Source: Verrucomicrobia bacterium Opi.OSU.00C
GTDB lineage: Bacteria; Verrucomicrobiota; Verrucomicrobiia; Opitutales; PNEW01
Assembly (NCBI GenBank): GCA_002922725.1
Contig: PNEW01000002.1
Coordinates: 5,811 to 69,810 of the forward strand
Direction of reading: 5' to 3'
DNA: 64,000 nt
Below, piece after piece: positions 43,061 through 53,210 of this stretch. Every line of letters starts with the position of its first letter. Within the stretch, counting starts at the first letter, position 1. A program made the translations under genes and the position numbers. A model generated the notes under the pieces. That model made no database searches. It was not told where the DNA came from and saw only the letters and a program-made list of their open reading frames with translations.

Positions 43061-44071
43061 ATGGATGATCTTGATGTCATTATTCTTAATTCCCTGCTTG
43101 TCTCACGGGATAAGTATATTTCTGGTAATTTTCTTGCAAAAAAAGTGGGGATTTCTCGAGTAGGCATTTGGGCCCGACTAGAAAAACTTCGAGAACAAGG
43201 GTTTACCTTTGATGCAGTACGTCACCTCGGTTATCGTATTAGCCAAGAACCCGATGAGTTAAATGCTTCTCTCATACGTGCTTACCTTAGTTTAGAAAAT
43301 TCTTCTGTAAAAATTGTTTTTTTTCCTGAAATTGACAGTACTAATTCCGAAGCTGAACGACAGTTGGCTGATGGAAGAGAAGTACCATTTATCATAATAT
43401 CTTCTAAACAACAAATGGGCCGCGGTCGATTAGGTCGAAAATGGCATAGCCCAGAAGAAGGTAATATTTATATGAGTTATGTCTTTCGCCCACAACTCCC
43501 ACCGGCACGAATGCAGCCTTTTACATTGTGGATGGGCCTTAACATTTGTGAATTGTTAAATAGGTTCTGTGATTTGCCAGTTAAATTAAAATGGCCAAAT
43601 GATTTAGTCCTTAATAATAAAAAAGTTGCAGGTATGTTAACTGAAGCTAGAGTTGACTCCGACCAGATGCTTGATCTTGTTTTCGGACTCGGTTTGAATG
43701 TGAATAGCGACTGTAAACAATGGCCTTCTGAAATAGCGCCCAACGCTACCTCACTCGCTTCAGAAATCGGAAATTTCCTGCCGATCAACAATTTTGCGGC
43801 AAACCTTATTATTGTAGGAGTGAAGGCGTATCAACAGTTTAGTGCTGGTAATTATAATACAGATTTTTTCAAACTTTGGGATCGTTATAATGCATTAAAA
43901 TTAAAATCTGTAACTGTTAAGACTCAGGTTTCATCTTTAAGTGGGAAGGTAGAAGGGATTGATGATGAGGGTTCATTACTTTTAAAAGATGCCCTTGATA
44001 AAAAACATGTCCTGCGAGTAGGTGAAGTTAGTTTAGGCAACTCCGAAATACTATCTAGTATATCCACATGA
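43061..44071 (+). CDS. birA: bifunctional biotin-[acetyl-CoA-carboxylase] ligase / biotin operon repressor BirA
   Basis: 336 aa. N-terminal HTH (ISGNFLAKKVGISRVGIWARLEKLREQG), catalytic loop QQMGRGRLGRKW and KWPNDL. Confidence 0.9.
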   Translation: MDDLDVIILNSLLVSRDKYISGNFLAKKVGISRVGIWARLEKLREQGFTFDAVRHLGYRISQEPDELNASLIRAYLSLENSSVKIVFFPEIDSTNSEAERQLADGREVPFIIISSKQQMGRGRLGRKWHSPEEGNIYMSYVFRPQLPPARMQPFTLWMGLNICELLNRFCDLPVKLKWPNDLVLNNKKVAGMLTEARVDSDQMLDLVFGLGLNVNSDCKQWPSEIAPNATSLASEIGNFLPINNFAANLIIVGVKAYQQFSAGNYNTDFFKLWDRYNALKLKSVTVKTQVSSLSGKVEGIDDEGSLLLKDALDKKHVLRVGEVSLGNSEILSSIST

Positions 44072-44847
44072 AGATTTTTTCTATCGATATAGGTAATACT
44101 ACCACCCGATTTGGACTAATTGTTGAGGATCAGACAAAATACACAGCAAATGTTTTAACTCATTCTCTCCAAGAAATGGATAATGGGTTGTCGACTGCAT
44201 TAAAAGATGTTTATTTGCGTAAGGATTCACTTGATGGTATTGCTTTTAGTTCTGTCGTTCCAGCCGCCACTAAATGGGTGGAAGACATACTATCAATGAC
44301 TAAATTTTCTGTCCCTTTCTTTCATCTAACTTGTGAAAATTGTCCAATTCCTATTAATTACCCGAATCCACAAGAAATCGGACAAGATAGATTAGCCAAT
44401 GCCATTGGTGCCAGGATACTTTACGGCATACCTACAGTTGTTATCGATATGGGAACAACAGTAAATTTCGATATTGTTACAAAAAATGGTTACGAAGGAG
44501 GGATCATCGCCCCAGGATTGGAAGTTATTACTCGCTATCTTCATGAACAAACGGCATTGCTACCTCAACTCAATCCCAAAGAATTAATCGTTTCCACCGG
44601 AATGGGAAAAACCACTATTGAAGCAATGAAAATAGGCTGCGTTGTAGGCTTTGATGGTATGATTCGATCACTATTGGATTGTGTGCGAGCTGAAATAAAT
44701 CAACTTGGGTATTCGGAACCTACAATCATTGCAACGGGAGGAAGTACAGGGATTCTACCACAAAAGTGGCTTGAAGATATTGAATTTAATCCTGACATCA
44801 CCCTACAAGGTCTCGCCGCAGCTTTTATTCAATGCAAAAAAGGTTGA
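44068..44847 (+). CDS. coaX: type III pantothenate kinase
   Basis: 259 aa. IDIGNTTTRFG, VVIDMGTTVNFD and IIATGG motifs. ATGA overlap with the birA stop. Confidence 0.9.
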   Translation: MKIFSIDIGNTTTRFGLIVEDQTKYTANVLTHSLQEMDNGLSTALKDVYLRKDSLDGIAFSSVVPAATKWVEDILSMTKFSVPFFHLTCENCPIPINYPNPQEIGQDRLANAIGARILYGIPTVVIDMGTTVNFDIVTKNGYEGGIIAPGLEVITRYLHEQTALLPQLNPKELIVSTGMGKTTIEAMKIGCVVGFDGMIRSLLDCVRAEINQLGYSEPTIIATGGSTGILPQKWLEDIEFNPDITLQGLAAAFIQCKKG

Positions 44848-44923
44848 AAGGCATTCTAAGCTCTGTGTCTCTTATTCGTTAATTCATGTATTAATAAATA
44901 TTTTTAATCATTTTATATTAATT

Positions 44924-45964
44924 ATGCTCAAACAAGAACATAGTATCGAAGTAAATAACCTAACAAAATATTATGGCCCGGTAATGGCTATTCATAAAGT
45001 CTCTTTCAATGTTGGAAAAGGAGAAATTGTAGGTTTTCTTGGTCCAAATGGCGCGGGGAAAAGTACTACCATGCGAATCCTCAGTGGGCTGATTACTGCG
45101 AAATCAGGATCCGCAAAAATATGTGGTATTCCCATTGCCAGCAGTCCCGATGAAATAAAAAAACACATTGGGTATATGGCAGAAAACAATCCACTTCCCG
45201 AAGACATGCGGGTCGTCGAGTACTTATATTATCGAGGTTGGCTTAAAGAAATTCCACGTAACCAGTTAAAAGCTCGTGTCGAAGAAACACTTGATTTATG
45301 TGATTTAAATCGAACGGCGCGACGAAAAGTCATTGCTAACCTTTCGAAAGGGTATCGACAACGCGTTGGTATTGCTGATGCAATTCTATCTGAACCAGAA
45401 GTTATTATCATGGATGAACCCACAATCGGTCTCGATCCTCACCAGGTTTTAATGATTCGTGACCTCATAAAAAATTTGCGAGGCAAAATGACGGTTATAA
45501 TATCAAGCCATATACTTTCAGAAGTGGAATTATATTGTGATCGAGTAATCATTATTAACCAAGGCCACATTGTGGCTTGTGGAACATCAGAGAGTTTATG
45601 CAAAGAATTTATCAAAAAAACAACCTATACTCTAAACTTGAAGGGAAATACATCTGATCTTGATTCACTGTTAAAGGGAGTTGACCCAGAGCTTGAGATC
45701 AGCTCATCGCTTCCCGATATAAATAAAGATTATTACGATCTTGAGCTAACAACACCCAATACGTATGATTTGTGTGAGAAGATTTTAACACGATTGTATG
45801 AACATCCGAAATTCCGAGTGCGCGAGATCAGACGAAAGGTACCCCACCTTGAAGATATATTTCTTGCAGCTACACGACGCAGTTGGAACGAAGATATTCC
45901 ATTACCAATCACGAAAATTGATAGTCGAAAAAAGAATAATCAAAAAACTGTCGTAGTTGAATGA
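44924..45964 (+). CDS. ABC transporter ATP-binding protein (ABC-2/GldA-like)
   Basis: The internal ATG at 44924 gives MLKQEHSIEVNNLTKYYG. Walker A GPNGAGKST, signature LSKGYRQR, Walker B IIMDEPTIGLD. The upstream part of track ORF 44705.. overlaps coaX. Confidence 0.9.
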   Translation: MLKQEHSIEVNNLTKYYGPVMAIHKVSFNVGKGEIVGFLGPNGAGKSTTMRILSGLITAKSGSAKICGIPIASSPDEIKKHIGYMAENNPLPEDMRVVEYLYYRGWLKEIPRNQLKARVEETLDLCDLNRTARRKVIANLSKGYRQRVGIADAILSEPEVIIMDEPTIGLDPHQVLMIRDLIKNLRGKMTVIISSHILSEVELYCDRVIIINQGHIVACGTSESLCKEFIKKTTYTLNLKGNTSDLDSLLKGVDPELEISSSLPDINKDYYDLELTTPNTYDLCEKILTRLYEHPKFRVREIRRKVPHLEDIFLAATRRSWNEDIPLPITKIDSRKKNNQKTVVVE

Positions 45965-46716
45965 GCCACTTTATTTGTTTATTAAAACATGAGTTGAGAG
46001 TACTATTTATTGCTCCGTCAACTTACGTTACTAGCGTCATCTTTCTCCTTCTAATGGGATTCATTTATATACTCATCCTAGCCGATTTTACTTTACACCC
46101 CCACAACAATCTTCCCACTGAATACTTTTTCCAACTCTATTGGATTCCTGTTTTTTTTATTGTCCCACTCTTGACGATGAAGAGTATAGCTGAAGAACGA
46201 AGAATTGGCACTTTAGAGACCCTCATGACTACTCCAGTTACGGTTTTGGAGATTGTTTTTAGCAAATTTTTCGCCGCTTATTTATTCTATTGTTTATTAT
46301 GGATGCTAACTCTAACTTTTCCTCTTCTTGTGACTCTGACAATTGGATCTTCGGCGATGACAGTGAAGCTTCTAGATCCAGCAACCTTATTAGGAGGGTA
46401 TACATTTATAGCAATTAGCGGGTTGTTATTTATTTCGATAGGAATATTTTCAAGCAGTCTGACACGTAGTCAATTGGTCGCAGGAATGTTATGCTTTAGT
46501 ATTCTTTTTATTATTATATTGGGTGTACCCGCGCTTAGAACCCAAAGTATTGGGTGGCTGGAATGGATGGTAGGGGCACTGGAATATTTTAACAATTTTA
46601 ACCACCTTGAAGATTTCAGTCGTGGTGTAATTGACACCAGACATATTGTGTTTTACTTTAGCTACTCAACGCTGGTTCTCGGAATATCCGTGCTTATCAC
46701 TGAATCAAAAGTTTAA
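45961..46716 (+). CDS. ABC-2 type transporter permease (GldF-like)
   Basis: 251 aa with six hydrophobic segments. EERRIGTLETLMTTPV motif. ATGA overlap with the ATPase stop. Confidence 0.75.
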   Translation: MSHFICLLKHELRVLFIAPSTYVTSVIFLLLMGFIYILILADFTLHPHNNLPTEYFFQLYWIPVFFIVPLLTMKSIAEERRIGTLETLMTTPVTVLEIVFSKFFAAYLFYCLLWMLTLTFPLLVTLTIGSSAMTVKLLDPATLLGGYTFIAISGLLFISIGIFSSSLTRSQLVAGMLCFSILFIIILGVPALRTQSIGWLEWMVGALEYFNNFNHLEDFSRGVIDTRHIVFYFSYSTLVLGISVLITESKV

Positions 46717-46729
46717 CCCCATTTTTCTA

Positions 46730-48205
46730 ATGGCCGTTGTTGAAGATTTTAAATATGTTAACTGGATAAAGAGAATTAACCAATTGGTACAAATTCTTCT
46801 CTGTATCAGTTTTATCATTGGTTTAAATTATTTCGCCAAAAATCTTTACTGGCGTTCTGATCTCACCCGTGACCATATTTATTCTTTATCACCAGAATCA
46901 TTAGCTTATATTCGTCAAATAGAAAAACCAATTAAGATTATCGTTACTCTTTCTCCTGACGCCATTGAGGGTGAAATGGAACAGGTTTTTAAACATGTGA
47001 GAAATTTGCTTAAAGAATACGAATACGCGGGCCATATAGGTGGTAAGAAAAAAATTGAAATTGAAGTAGTCGACGTCCTTAAAGAAAGGAAACGAGCCGA
47101 CTACCTTGCCCGCACCTATGGAATAGATCAAGAAGATGTAGTACTAGTGGTATGTGAAGATCGTCAACACCGACTCATTTACTCCGATATTATCGAAATG
47201 GAAAATGGTCAGGTGTCTGCTTTTAAAGGTGAGCGTGCCTTTACCTCAGCGTTGATAGATGTATCTAATACAGAGCAGCAAAAAATATACTTTATCTCTG
47301 GGTATGGCGAAATGCATCTAGATAGTGTCGATCCTTTACGCGGATTATCAAATGTTGCTGAAAAACTTAAGTGGGGAAATATCTCACTTGAGACTTTAAA
47401 TATTACAATCGCGAGCGAAATCCCTGAGGATGCCGATCTCTTGATCTTAGCTTCTCCACAAGGCCCATACCGCCCCCAAGATGTAGAGAAATTGCGTAAT
47501 TATCTTACCGATCGGGCCGGAAAACTCATTGTTTTAATTGAACCGGCAATTGAGCATGGCTTAAGTGATTTGTTTTATGAATGGGGGATAATCTCAGATG
47601 ACATGGTGGTGCTTGATATGGGGAAAGATTTTCAAGCCGCAAGTGGCGATCTTCTCATTCGTCGGTTTGCTGGACACCCTATTACTGCTATCCTACGTAA
47701 TAACCCTATACCTGTAATTGCGGGCTTAAGTCGGCCTGTAAGGCCCAATCTTGAACGCCCAACAGATGACAGGCTTATCATAACCCCACTCATAAGTAGT
47801 TCTCCTGAAAGTTGGGCCGAACGCTCTTATCATGACAGTCAGGACCTTAAATATAATCCCGAGGTGGACTTGAAAGGGCAGGTAAGTCTGGCTGCTATAT
47901 CAGAAAGGAAAGTTTCCTCAAGTTTAGGGATAGATGTTAAAGGTGGCCGACTTATTGTATTTGGTAATACTGACATTATTTCCAATCATCGTATTGGATC
48001 AATAGGAAATATTATGCTTATCCTTAATACGATCAACTGGTGCCTAGATCGTGAACAATTACTCGCTATTCAACCCAGACCAGTTGAAAAGTTCCATCTA
48101 CTGCTCAGCAGACAAGAATTAACTCAACTCAGCCTCGTACTTTTGAGTTTACCGGGTGCAGTCGCCATTTGTGGAATAATGATTTACTACATTCGGAAAA
48201 ATTAA
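46730..48205 (+). CDS. GldG-family ABC-transporter auxiliary protein
   Basis: The ATG at 46730 gives an N-terminal TM followed by RSDLTRDHIYSLSPES, typical of the GldG family. Large periplasmic middle region and a C-terminal TM anchor (LVLLSLPGAVAICGIMIYYIRK). Confidence 0.75.
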   Translation: MAVVEDFKYVNWIKRINQLVQILLCISFIIGLNYFAKNLYWRSDLTRDHIYSLSPESLAYIRQIEKPIKIIVTLSPDAIEGEMEQVFKHVRNLLKEYEYAGHIGGKKKIEIEVVDVLKERKRADYLARTYGIDQEDVVLVVCEDRQHRLIYSDIIEMENGQVSAFKGERAFTSALIDVSNTEQQKIYFISGYGEMHLDSVDPLRGLSNVAEKLKWGNISLETLNITIASEIPEDADLLILASPQGPYRPQDVEKLRNYLTDRAGKLIVLIEPAIEHGLSDLFYEWGIISDDMVVLDMGKDFQAASGDLLIRRFAGHPITAILRNNPIPVIAGLSRPVRPNLERPTDDRLIITPLISSSPESWAERSYHDSQDLKYNPEVDLKGQVSLAAISERKVSSSLGIDVKGGRLIVFGNTDIISNHRIGSIGNIMLILNTINWCLDREQLLAIQPRPVEKFHLLLSRQELTQLSLVLLSLPGAVAICGIMIYYIRKN

Positions 48206-48244
48206 TTTATTCCCTGCTCAGTTAACTAAAGTCTTATTTCCTCT

Positions 48245-50086
48245 ATGCGATATAAATTTACGATATTACTAATTATTATTAATCTCAGCTTATTCAGCTT
48301 GATATTTTATGTTGATAAGAAAGCTGCCACGATTGGTGCATTTGAACGTGCTAAGCGATTAGTATTTCCACCTGGATTTGTAGAAGATAGTGATCGCCTC
48401 GAGATTGAAGGTCAAAAGCTGACACATAATTGGGTCTTGTTACGTAAAATGGAGCAATGGATGCTCGATAGGCCCATAAACTGGCCCGCAAATATTTATG
48501 CTGTAACACGGATGCTAAATCAACTCAAATTTCTTGAATGGGAGACTCGTTTTTCTGTTAGTGAAATTAAAAAAACGGGGCGAAGCCTAGCAGATTATGG
48601 TTTGGAGGAACCCAAACTTACACTTTCACTGAGCCACAGTGGCAAAGAAAAAACCCTTAAAATTGGTGAATCAACAGAAATAGGTAACCGCCTCTATATT
48701 CTTTCACCTGAGGAAGAAGAAATTTATGTTGTAACCCGCGAGTTACTTCAAAGTATCTCAGTCGACCTTCAAGATCTGCGCAACCAGAATATTTTCGATA
48801 TTCCTCTCTTTGAAGTACGTTCAATAAGTATTCAGATTACAAATCCAAGTAATCTTAAGGTACGTCTCGCACGTAATGACAAAAATTGGGTTTTTGAATC
48901 GCCCATCCAAACGGAAGCTGATTCTCAACGCGTCATGAATACGATTAACCGCCTGACCAGACTAAAGGTAATTAATTTTCAAGGAACTGGTCGTGCACAG
49001 GAGATTTTAGCTAATCCTTCCTTTCGTATAACACTTGAAGGTAATAACCGAAGACAGACAGTTCTCGTTGGTGAAGAACTGACAGAAAATGGGCAAAAGA
49101 GTTATCAGGCAAGAATGGAATCCAATCCGACGGTTTTTACTCTTGCTGCTGCACCTATTCATAACCTACGTGATGTACAAGAAAGTCTAAGGGATAAAAG
49201 TTTTGTCGATATAAACCCTTCTGAACTCACTTCTATTGAAATTGTGATGTCTAATGCTTCCGTTGAACTACAAAAATTAGAAACCGGAATATGGCAGGTC
49301 CTACAGTCAAATAATACTGGAGATTTTTCAACTTGGACAGCGGATCCTCAATTACTCAACGAAGTAATTAGCGCACTTCATGAAATGGAAGCCGTTCAAT
49401 TCATTAGTGATGCGCCATCCGTTGCGGATCTTGAAAAATATGGGTTTAATAACCCCCAACGCCAAGTCATACTTCAAACTCAAAATAAATCGACTCTTCT
49501 TATAGGAGACCTAGATCCTAAATCAAGATTACTGTTTGCAAAGATGATTGATTCCCCCACTATATATAAGATAAAAAAGGACATCCTCCATCTACTTAAA
49601 ACACGAGCATTATATTATCGATTGAGGGTAATTGAAGAGCTGCCTCAAGGAGCACGTGTACAAAGGATCTCCCTTACTGATTCAGTAAGTGGAACCGTAA
49701 TTTTTGATAAAAAAATCGATCCCTCTAGTGAATCTTGGTCTAAGGTGCTTAAAGAATACCCAGAGAAAAAAAAGAAAGCTATTTTAGGGCTAACAGATAC
49801 AATGAGGAAATTTGAAGTAAAAGAATATATACGTAACACTTTCAGTAGTCGATTTAAACTTGGAGATAAAGAGTTTTCATGGAGATATCATTTAAATACC
49901 GAAATTCATTTACCGGGCGGCAATGAAGATAGAATACAAAACCGCACTTTTTCTTTTAGTGAACGACTAGGTGGAACAACCCAAATCGGGGGATCCCCCG
50001 ATTCCAATGTGATTTTTACTATTAAACAAAACCTGATCGATTCACTATTTGAATTGACCTTTGACCACACCCCCCCCGCATGGTAA
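48245..50086 (+). CDS. DUF4340-like protein (N-terminal anchor, repeated periplasmic domains)
   Basis: 613 aa with an N-terminal TM (FTILLIIINLSLFSLIFYV). Sits directly after a GldG-family gene, the usual DUF4340 context. The frame after the C8 run 50070-50077 stays open to 50213. Confidence 0.6.
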   Translation: MRYKFTILLIIINLSLFSLIFYVDKKAATIGAFERAKRLVFPPGFVEDSDRLEIEGQKLTHNWVLLRKMEQWMLDRPINWPANIYAVTRMLNQLKFLEWETRFSVSEIKKTGRSLADYGLEEPKLTLSLSHSGKEKTLKIGESTEIGNRLYILSPEEEEIYVVTRELLQSISVDLQDLRNQNIFDIPLFEVRSISIQITNPSNLKVRLARNDKNWVFESPIQTEADSQRVMNTINRLTRLKVINFQGTGRAQEILANPSFRITLEGNNRRQTVLVGEELTENGQKSYQARMESNPTVFTLAAAPIHNLRDVQESLRDKSFVDINPSELTSIEIVMSNASVELQKLETGIWQVLQSNNTGDFSTWTADPQLLNEVISALHEMEAVQFISDAPSVADLEKYGFNNPQRQVILQTQNKSTLLIGDLDPKSRLLFAKMIDSPTIYKIKKDILHLLKTRALYYRLRVIEELPQGARVQRISLTDSVSGTVIFDKKIDPSSESWSKVLKEYPEKKKKAILGLTDTMRKFEVKEYIRNTFSSRFKLGDKEFSWRYHLNTEIHLPGGNEDRIQNRTFSFSERLGGTTQIGGSPDSNVIFTIKQNLIDSLFELTFDHTPPAW

Positions 50087-50237
50087 AGGTCTAGCCAAGG
50101 AGCCTCTTCCTCCTTTGATTGATCAGGATGAAAATGAAACTATTCCTCTAGAATCACCTGATTCATCTATCATTATTTCTCCACACCCAATCTTGAAGGA
50201 ACAAAAACAATAACTGGTATTTATTGATTTTAACCAG

Positions 50238-53012
50238 TTGAAAATGATAGGCGAAAAAGCCGAATTCAGAATGAAGGATAGACTAACAGGGATTTGCAGA
50301 GTCTGTCAGCTTTGTATTACGTATTTTCTAATCACCGTTGCTCTCATTCAATCTGCCATTCTTATTTTATCACGTTTTAATCATGAGTTACCTGTTCCGC
50401 GTTTTCTTTTTAACAAAATTGAAAATGAATTGGCGGAAATTGGTCTTTACCCAAAAACTGGTGAGTTCTATGTCGACTTCACAGGTAAAGTCTTTGTTCG
50501 CAATTTAAAATTAGCACTGATCGAAAATGGGGAACTTTTAGTCAACAGCGAAGCTGCTCATTTCAGTTTTCAATTACCTTCGCTTATGCTTGGTCGACTT
50601 CATATTAATATGTTAAGGCTAAGTCATACTACCTTATATTTACCAGCACTATATTCAGCCAGTGGTGTAAATGAGCCTGTAATTAAGAAGCTGAACTGCA
50701 CTCTAGAACTGGATGGATTTAATTGGCAAATAAAACAATTAATTTGTCATCTAAATAATCTTCAAATGGAAGTAAAAGGTGGCGGGAACCAATCATCAAA
50801 AAGATGGTTTTTAACTGAACCTTTGCCGTTAATTGAAGAACATCGTGCTCTACCTGAGTCAATTATGGACCGTTATTATTTAGTATGTAGCAGAATCATA
50901 ATGCTAAACCCTATTTTCAGGAAATTTAAAGATCCTACTTTAAGTATTACTTTGCAAAAGGATCCCAAAGGTATACCTAGAGCTGATATTGAATTTATGG
51001 CGCTCAATGCCAACTTTAATAATATTATTCAGCTGGGACGAAATCGGTTAAAAGTAGCTGAAGTTGGTTACTTCAAATTGGATCCTCTTGGACTTGTAAC
51101 CGTTGAAACAGATTCAATTTCTTGGTTAAATGTGGGGCAAGCAGAGAATGTAAAGGCGAGGTTTAATATAAATTCACTTCATCCCCTTCAAATTAAAATT
51201 CCTAAAGAAATACTTCTGGTCGCTGATAGAATTTGGAGTGATGATTTTCTTACTGAAAACTTTACAGCTGATATTCTTACTCAACAATTTCCTCTAGTTA
51301 GTGGTAATGTTCTTACATATCTGGATGGAGCCCCATTAAAGGCCAATGGAACTGTTGATTTAGAAAATAAAGCTTCAAGCCTGAATATCGTTTCTTGGGT
51401 TAAAATAGAAAACCTAATCCAACACCCTCTGTTGGATAAATCATCATTATTAAAAAATCTATCCTTTAATGAGCCTCCTCGTATTGAGATAAACGCTGTA
51501 ATAGATAAAGGGTTTAACCTCGATTATCTTGATTATACTCTGGATGCTTCCCAGTTCACTATAGAAGACATAGCAATTGATCGAATAATCGCTAATGGAT
51601 CATTTTCCCCCCCTCACCTTTTCGTCGACAATGCTGTTATTGAAAAAAACGGATATCGAATCTCTGGTTCCTATAAACAAAATCTTATCGAAAGTGATTT
51701 TCGGTTTCTCCTCAATGGGACCATCCTGCCTTGCGATTTTAACAACGTGATGCGGCCTTGGTGGGCCGAGCTATGGAGTAAATACAAATTTCACGAAAAT
51801 TTTATTACCGCAGATATTGATGTTCACGGATATTGGAATGATAAATTGAAGCGTCAGTTTTACGGTGAGTTAAAGGCTAAAAATTTTGAATATAAAGGGC
51901 TTCTATTGCAAACCGGTAGCGCCAATGTCTGGGGTTACCCCGGCTACTTGCGAGTTTTTAATATAAAGTCTCAGCGAAGTGAAGGTTACGCTTCAGGTTT
52001 CATAGATATGTTTTTTGCCCTCGACCCCTTAAAAACAAGAACATATCATTTCGATATTGAAACACGCTTTACGATGCCTGAACTGAGTCCCATACTTGGA
52101 AAAGATGTTTCGAAGATCATGGATAATTTCAATTTTACCTCGGCACCGAACATACATTATGTCGGTATGCGGCACATCCAGGGTAAAGACGAACATCTTA
52201 ATCGTGACATCACTTTCGAAGCTGTAGTGGACAAACCTTATACTTTTTATGAATACCCTTTTGATTATCTATCACTCCATGGTCATCTTACCGGTGATTC
52301 TCTCGATATTAACACCATTGATTTCGAAATCGGAGGTGGTAAAGGCTCTGGAAATATGCATTTTCAGACAACAAACCATGGGCCGAGAATTAAATTTGGT
52401 CTCCTCCTTAAAGAGGCATTATATTCGCCTCTACTTGAAATAATTGGTTATAAAAACAAACATCTAAAGCCTCCGGAGGAAGGGAATAAAAATTACCTCA
52501 GTGATTTGGTCGAGGGCAAACTTGACATCTATCTTAACGCAATTGGCATTCCAGGAGATCTATTAAGTTTTGAAGGTAAAGGTTGGTTCAATATAACTAA
52601 AGCAGAACTGGGGAAATTTAAAATTGTTGGACTTCTCTCCCGTCTCTTTGGGAGTACCATTTTAGGATTTACACCCCTTAACCTTGAAACAGCCACAGGT
52701 GATTTTATCTTAGATCGAAAAAAAATTCATTTTCCAAAAATTACCTTTACCGGCCCTTATAGTATTGTCCGTGCTGACGGGAATATTATCCTACCAAATA
52801 AAGATCTCGATTTCCGTGCTTTTGTTTCTTATCTCGAAAATAAAGAAAACCCTTTTATTAATATAATTGGTATACCTTTTTTCCCTCTCGGCCAGGCTCT
52901 TCAATTACGGTTACGAGGTACACTAGGAGAACCTCAATGGCGATTTGCACTTGACCCACGAAAATCGATTGAAGGGAACATACCGTCTTTAAAGCCTGAC
53001 AAGGCAGAATAG
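50238..53012 (+). CDS. large membrane-anchored AsmA-like protein (YhdP/TamB-type)
   Basis: 924 aa, starting at TTG 50238 or ATG 50244. A single N-terminal TM (LCITYFLITVALIQSAILIL), a long beta-rich body, and a C-terminus like AsmA-family ends (GDFILDRKKIHFPKITFTGPYSIVRADGNIILPNKDLDFRAFV). The call rests on pattern recognition only. Confidence 0.45.
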   Translation: MKMIGEKAEFRMKDRLTGICRVCQLCITYFLITVALIQSAILILSRFNHELPVPRFLFNKIENELAEIGLYPKTGEFYVDFTGKVFVRNLKLALIENGELLVNSEAAHFSFQLPSLMLGRLHINMLRLSHTTLYLPALYSASGVNEPVIKKLNCTLELDGFNWQIKQLICHLNNLQMEVKGGGNQSSKRWFLTEPLPLIEEHRALPESIMDRYYLVCSRIIMLNPIFRKFKDPTLSITLQKDPKGIPRADIEFMALNANFNNIIQLGRNRLKVAEVGYFKLDPLGLVTVETDSISWLNVGQAENVKARFNINSLHPLQIKIPKEILLVADRIWSDDFLTENFTADILTQQFPLVSGNVLTYLDGAPLKANGTVDLENKASSLNIVSWVKIENLIQHPLLDKSSLLKNLSFNEPPRIEINAVIDKGFNLDYLDYTLDASQFTIEDIAIDRIIANGSFSPPHLFVDNAVIEKNGYRISGSYKQNLIESDFRFLLNGTILPCDFNNVMRPWWAELWSKYKFHENFITADIDVHGYWNDKLKRQFYGELKAKNFEYKGLLLQTGSANVWGYPGYLRVFNIKSQRSEGYASGFIDMFFALDPLKTRTYHFDIETRFTMPELSPILGKDVSKIMDNFNFTSAPNIHYVGMRHIQGKDEHLNRDITFEAVVDKPYTFYEYPFDYLSLHGHLTGDSLDINTIDFEIGGGKGSGNMHFQTTNHGPRIKFGLLLKEALYSPLLEIIGYKNKHLKPPEEGNKNYLSDLVEGKLDIYLNAIGIPGDLLSFEGKGWFNITKAELGKFKIVGLLSRLFGSTILGFTPLNLETATGDFILDRKKIHFPKITFTGPYSIVRADGNIILPNKDLDFRAFVSYLENKENPFINIIGIPFFPLGQALQLRLRGTLGEPQWRFALDPRKSIEGNIPSLKPDKAE

Positions 53013-53210
53013 GCTCAATTATAGAGTTGTGTATTTATAAACCTTCTCGATCTTGGTAGTCAACTAATGGTTTTCAGTTCATCTTCCAATTTTATATAGC
53101 TCTCACATAAATTTTTATGTAAATTAAGTGATTGCCTCAAAAGGCTAAATCCTTTCTAATCCTTAGTTCTTTAAACCTATCCAACGATCAATTTGAACAA
53201 AAAATAAACC

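Noticed and set aside
44705-44923. Long N-terminal extensions of track ORFs 44705.., 46631.. and 60936.. that overlap the preceding genes.
   Set aside because: Internal ATGs at 44924, 46730 and 60996 give family-typical N-termini and normal intergenic spacing. The extensions lie inside the upstream coding regions.
53104-53119. The inverted repeat ACATAAA-TT-TTTATGT about 90 bp upstream of accB, as a possible operator.
   Set aside because: The 7-bp arms are almost AT-only in an AT-rich spacer. They match no known operator consensus, and I cannot test conservation here.
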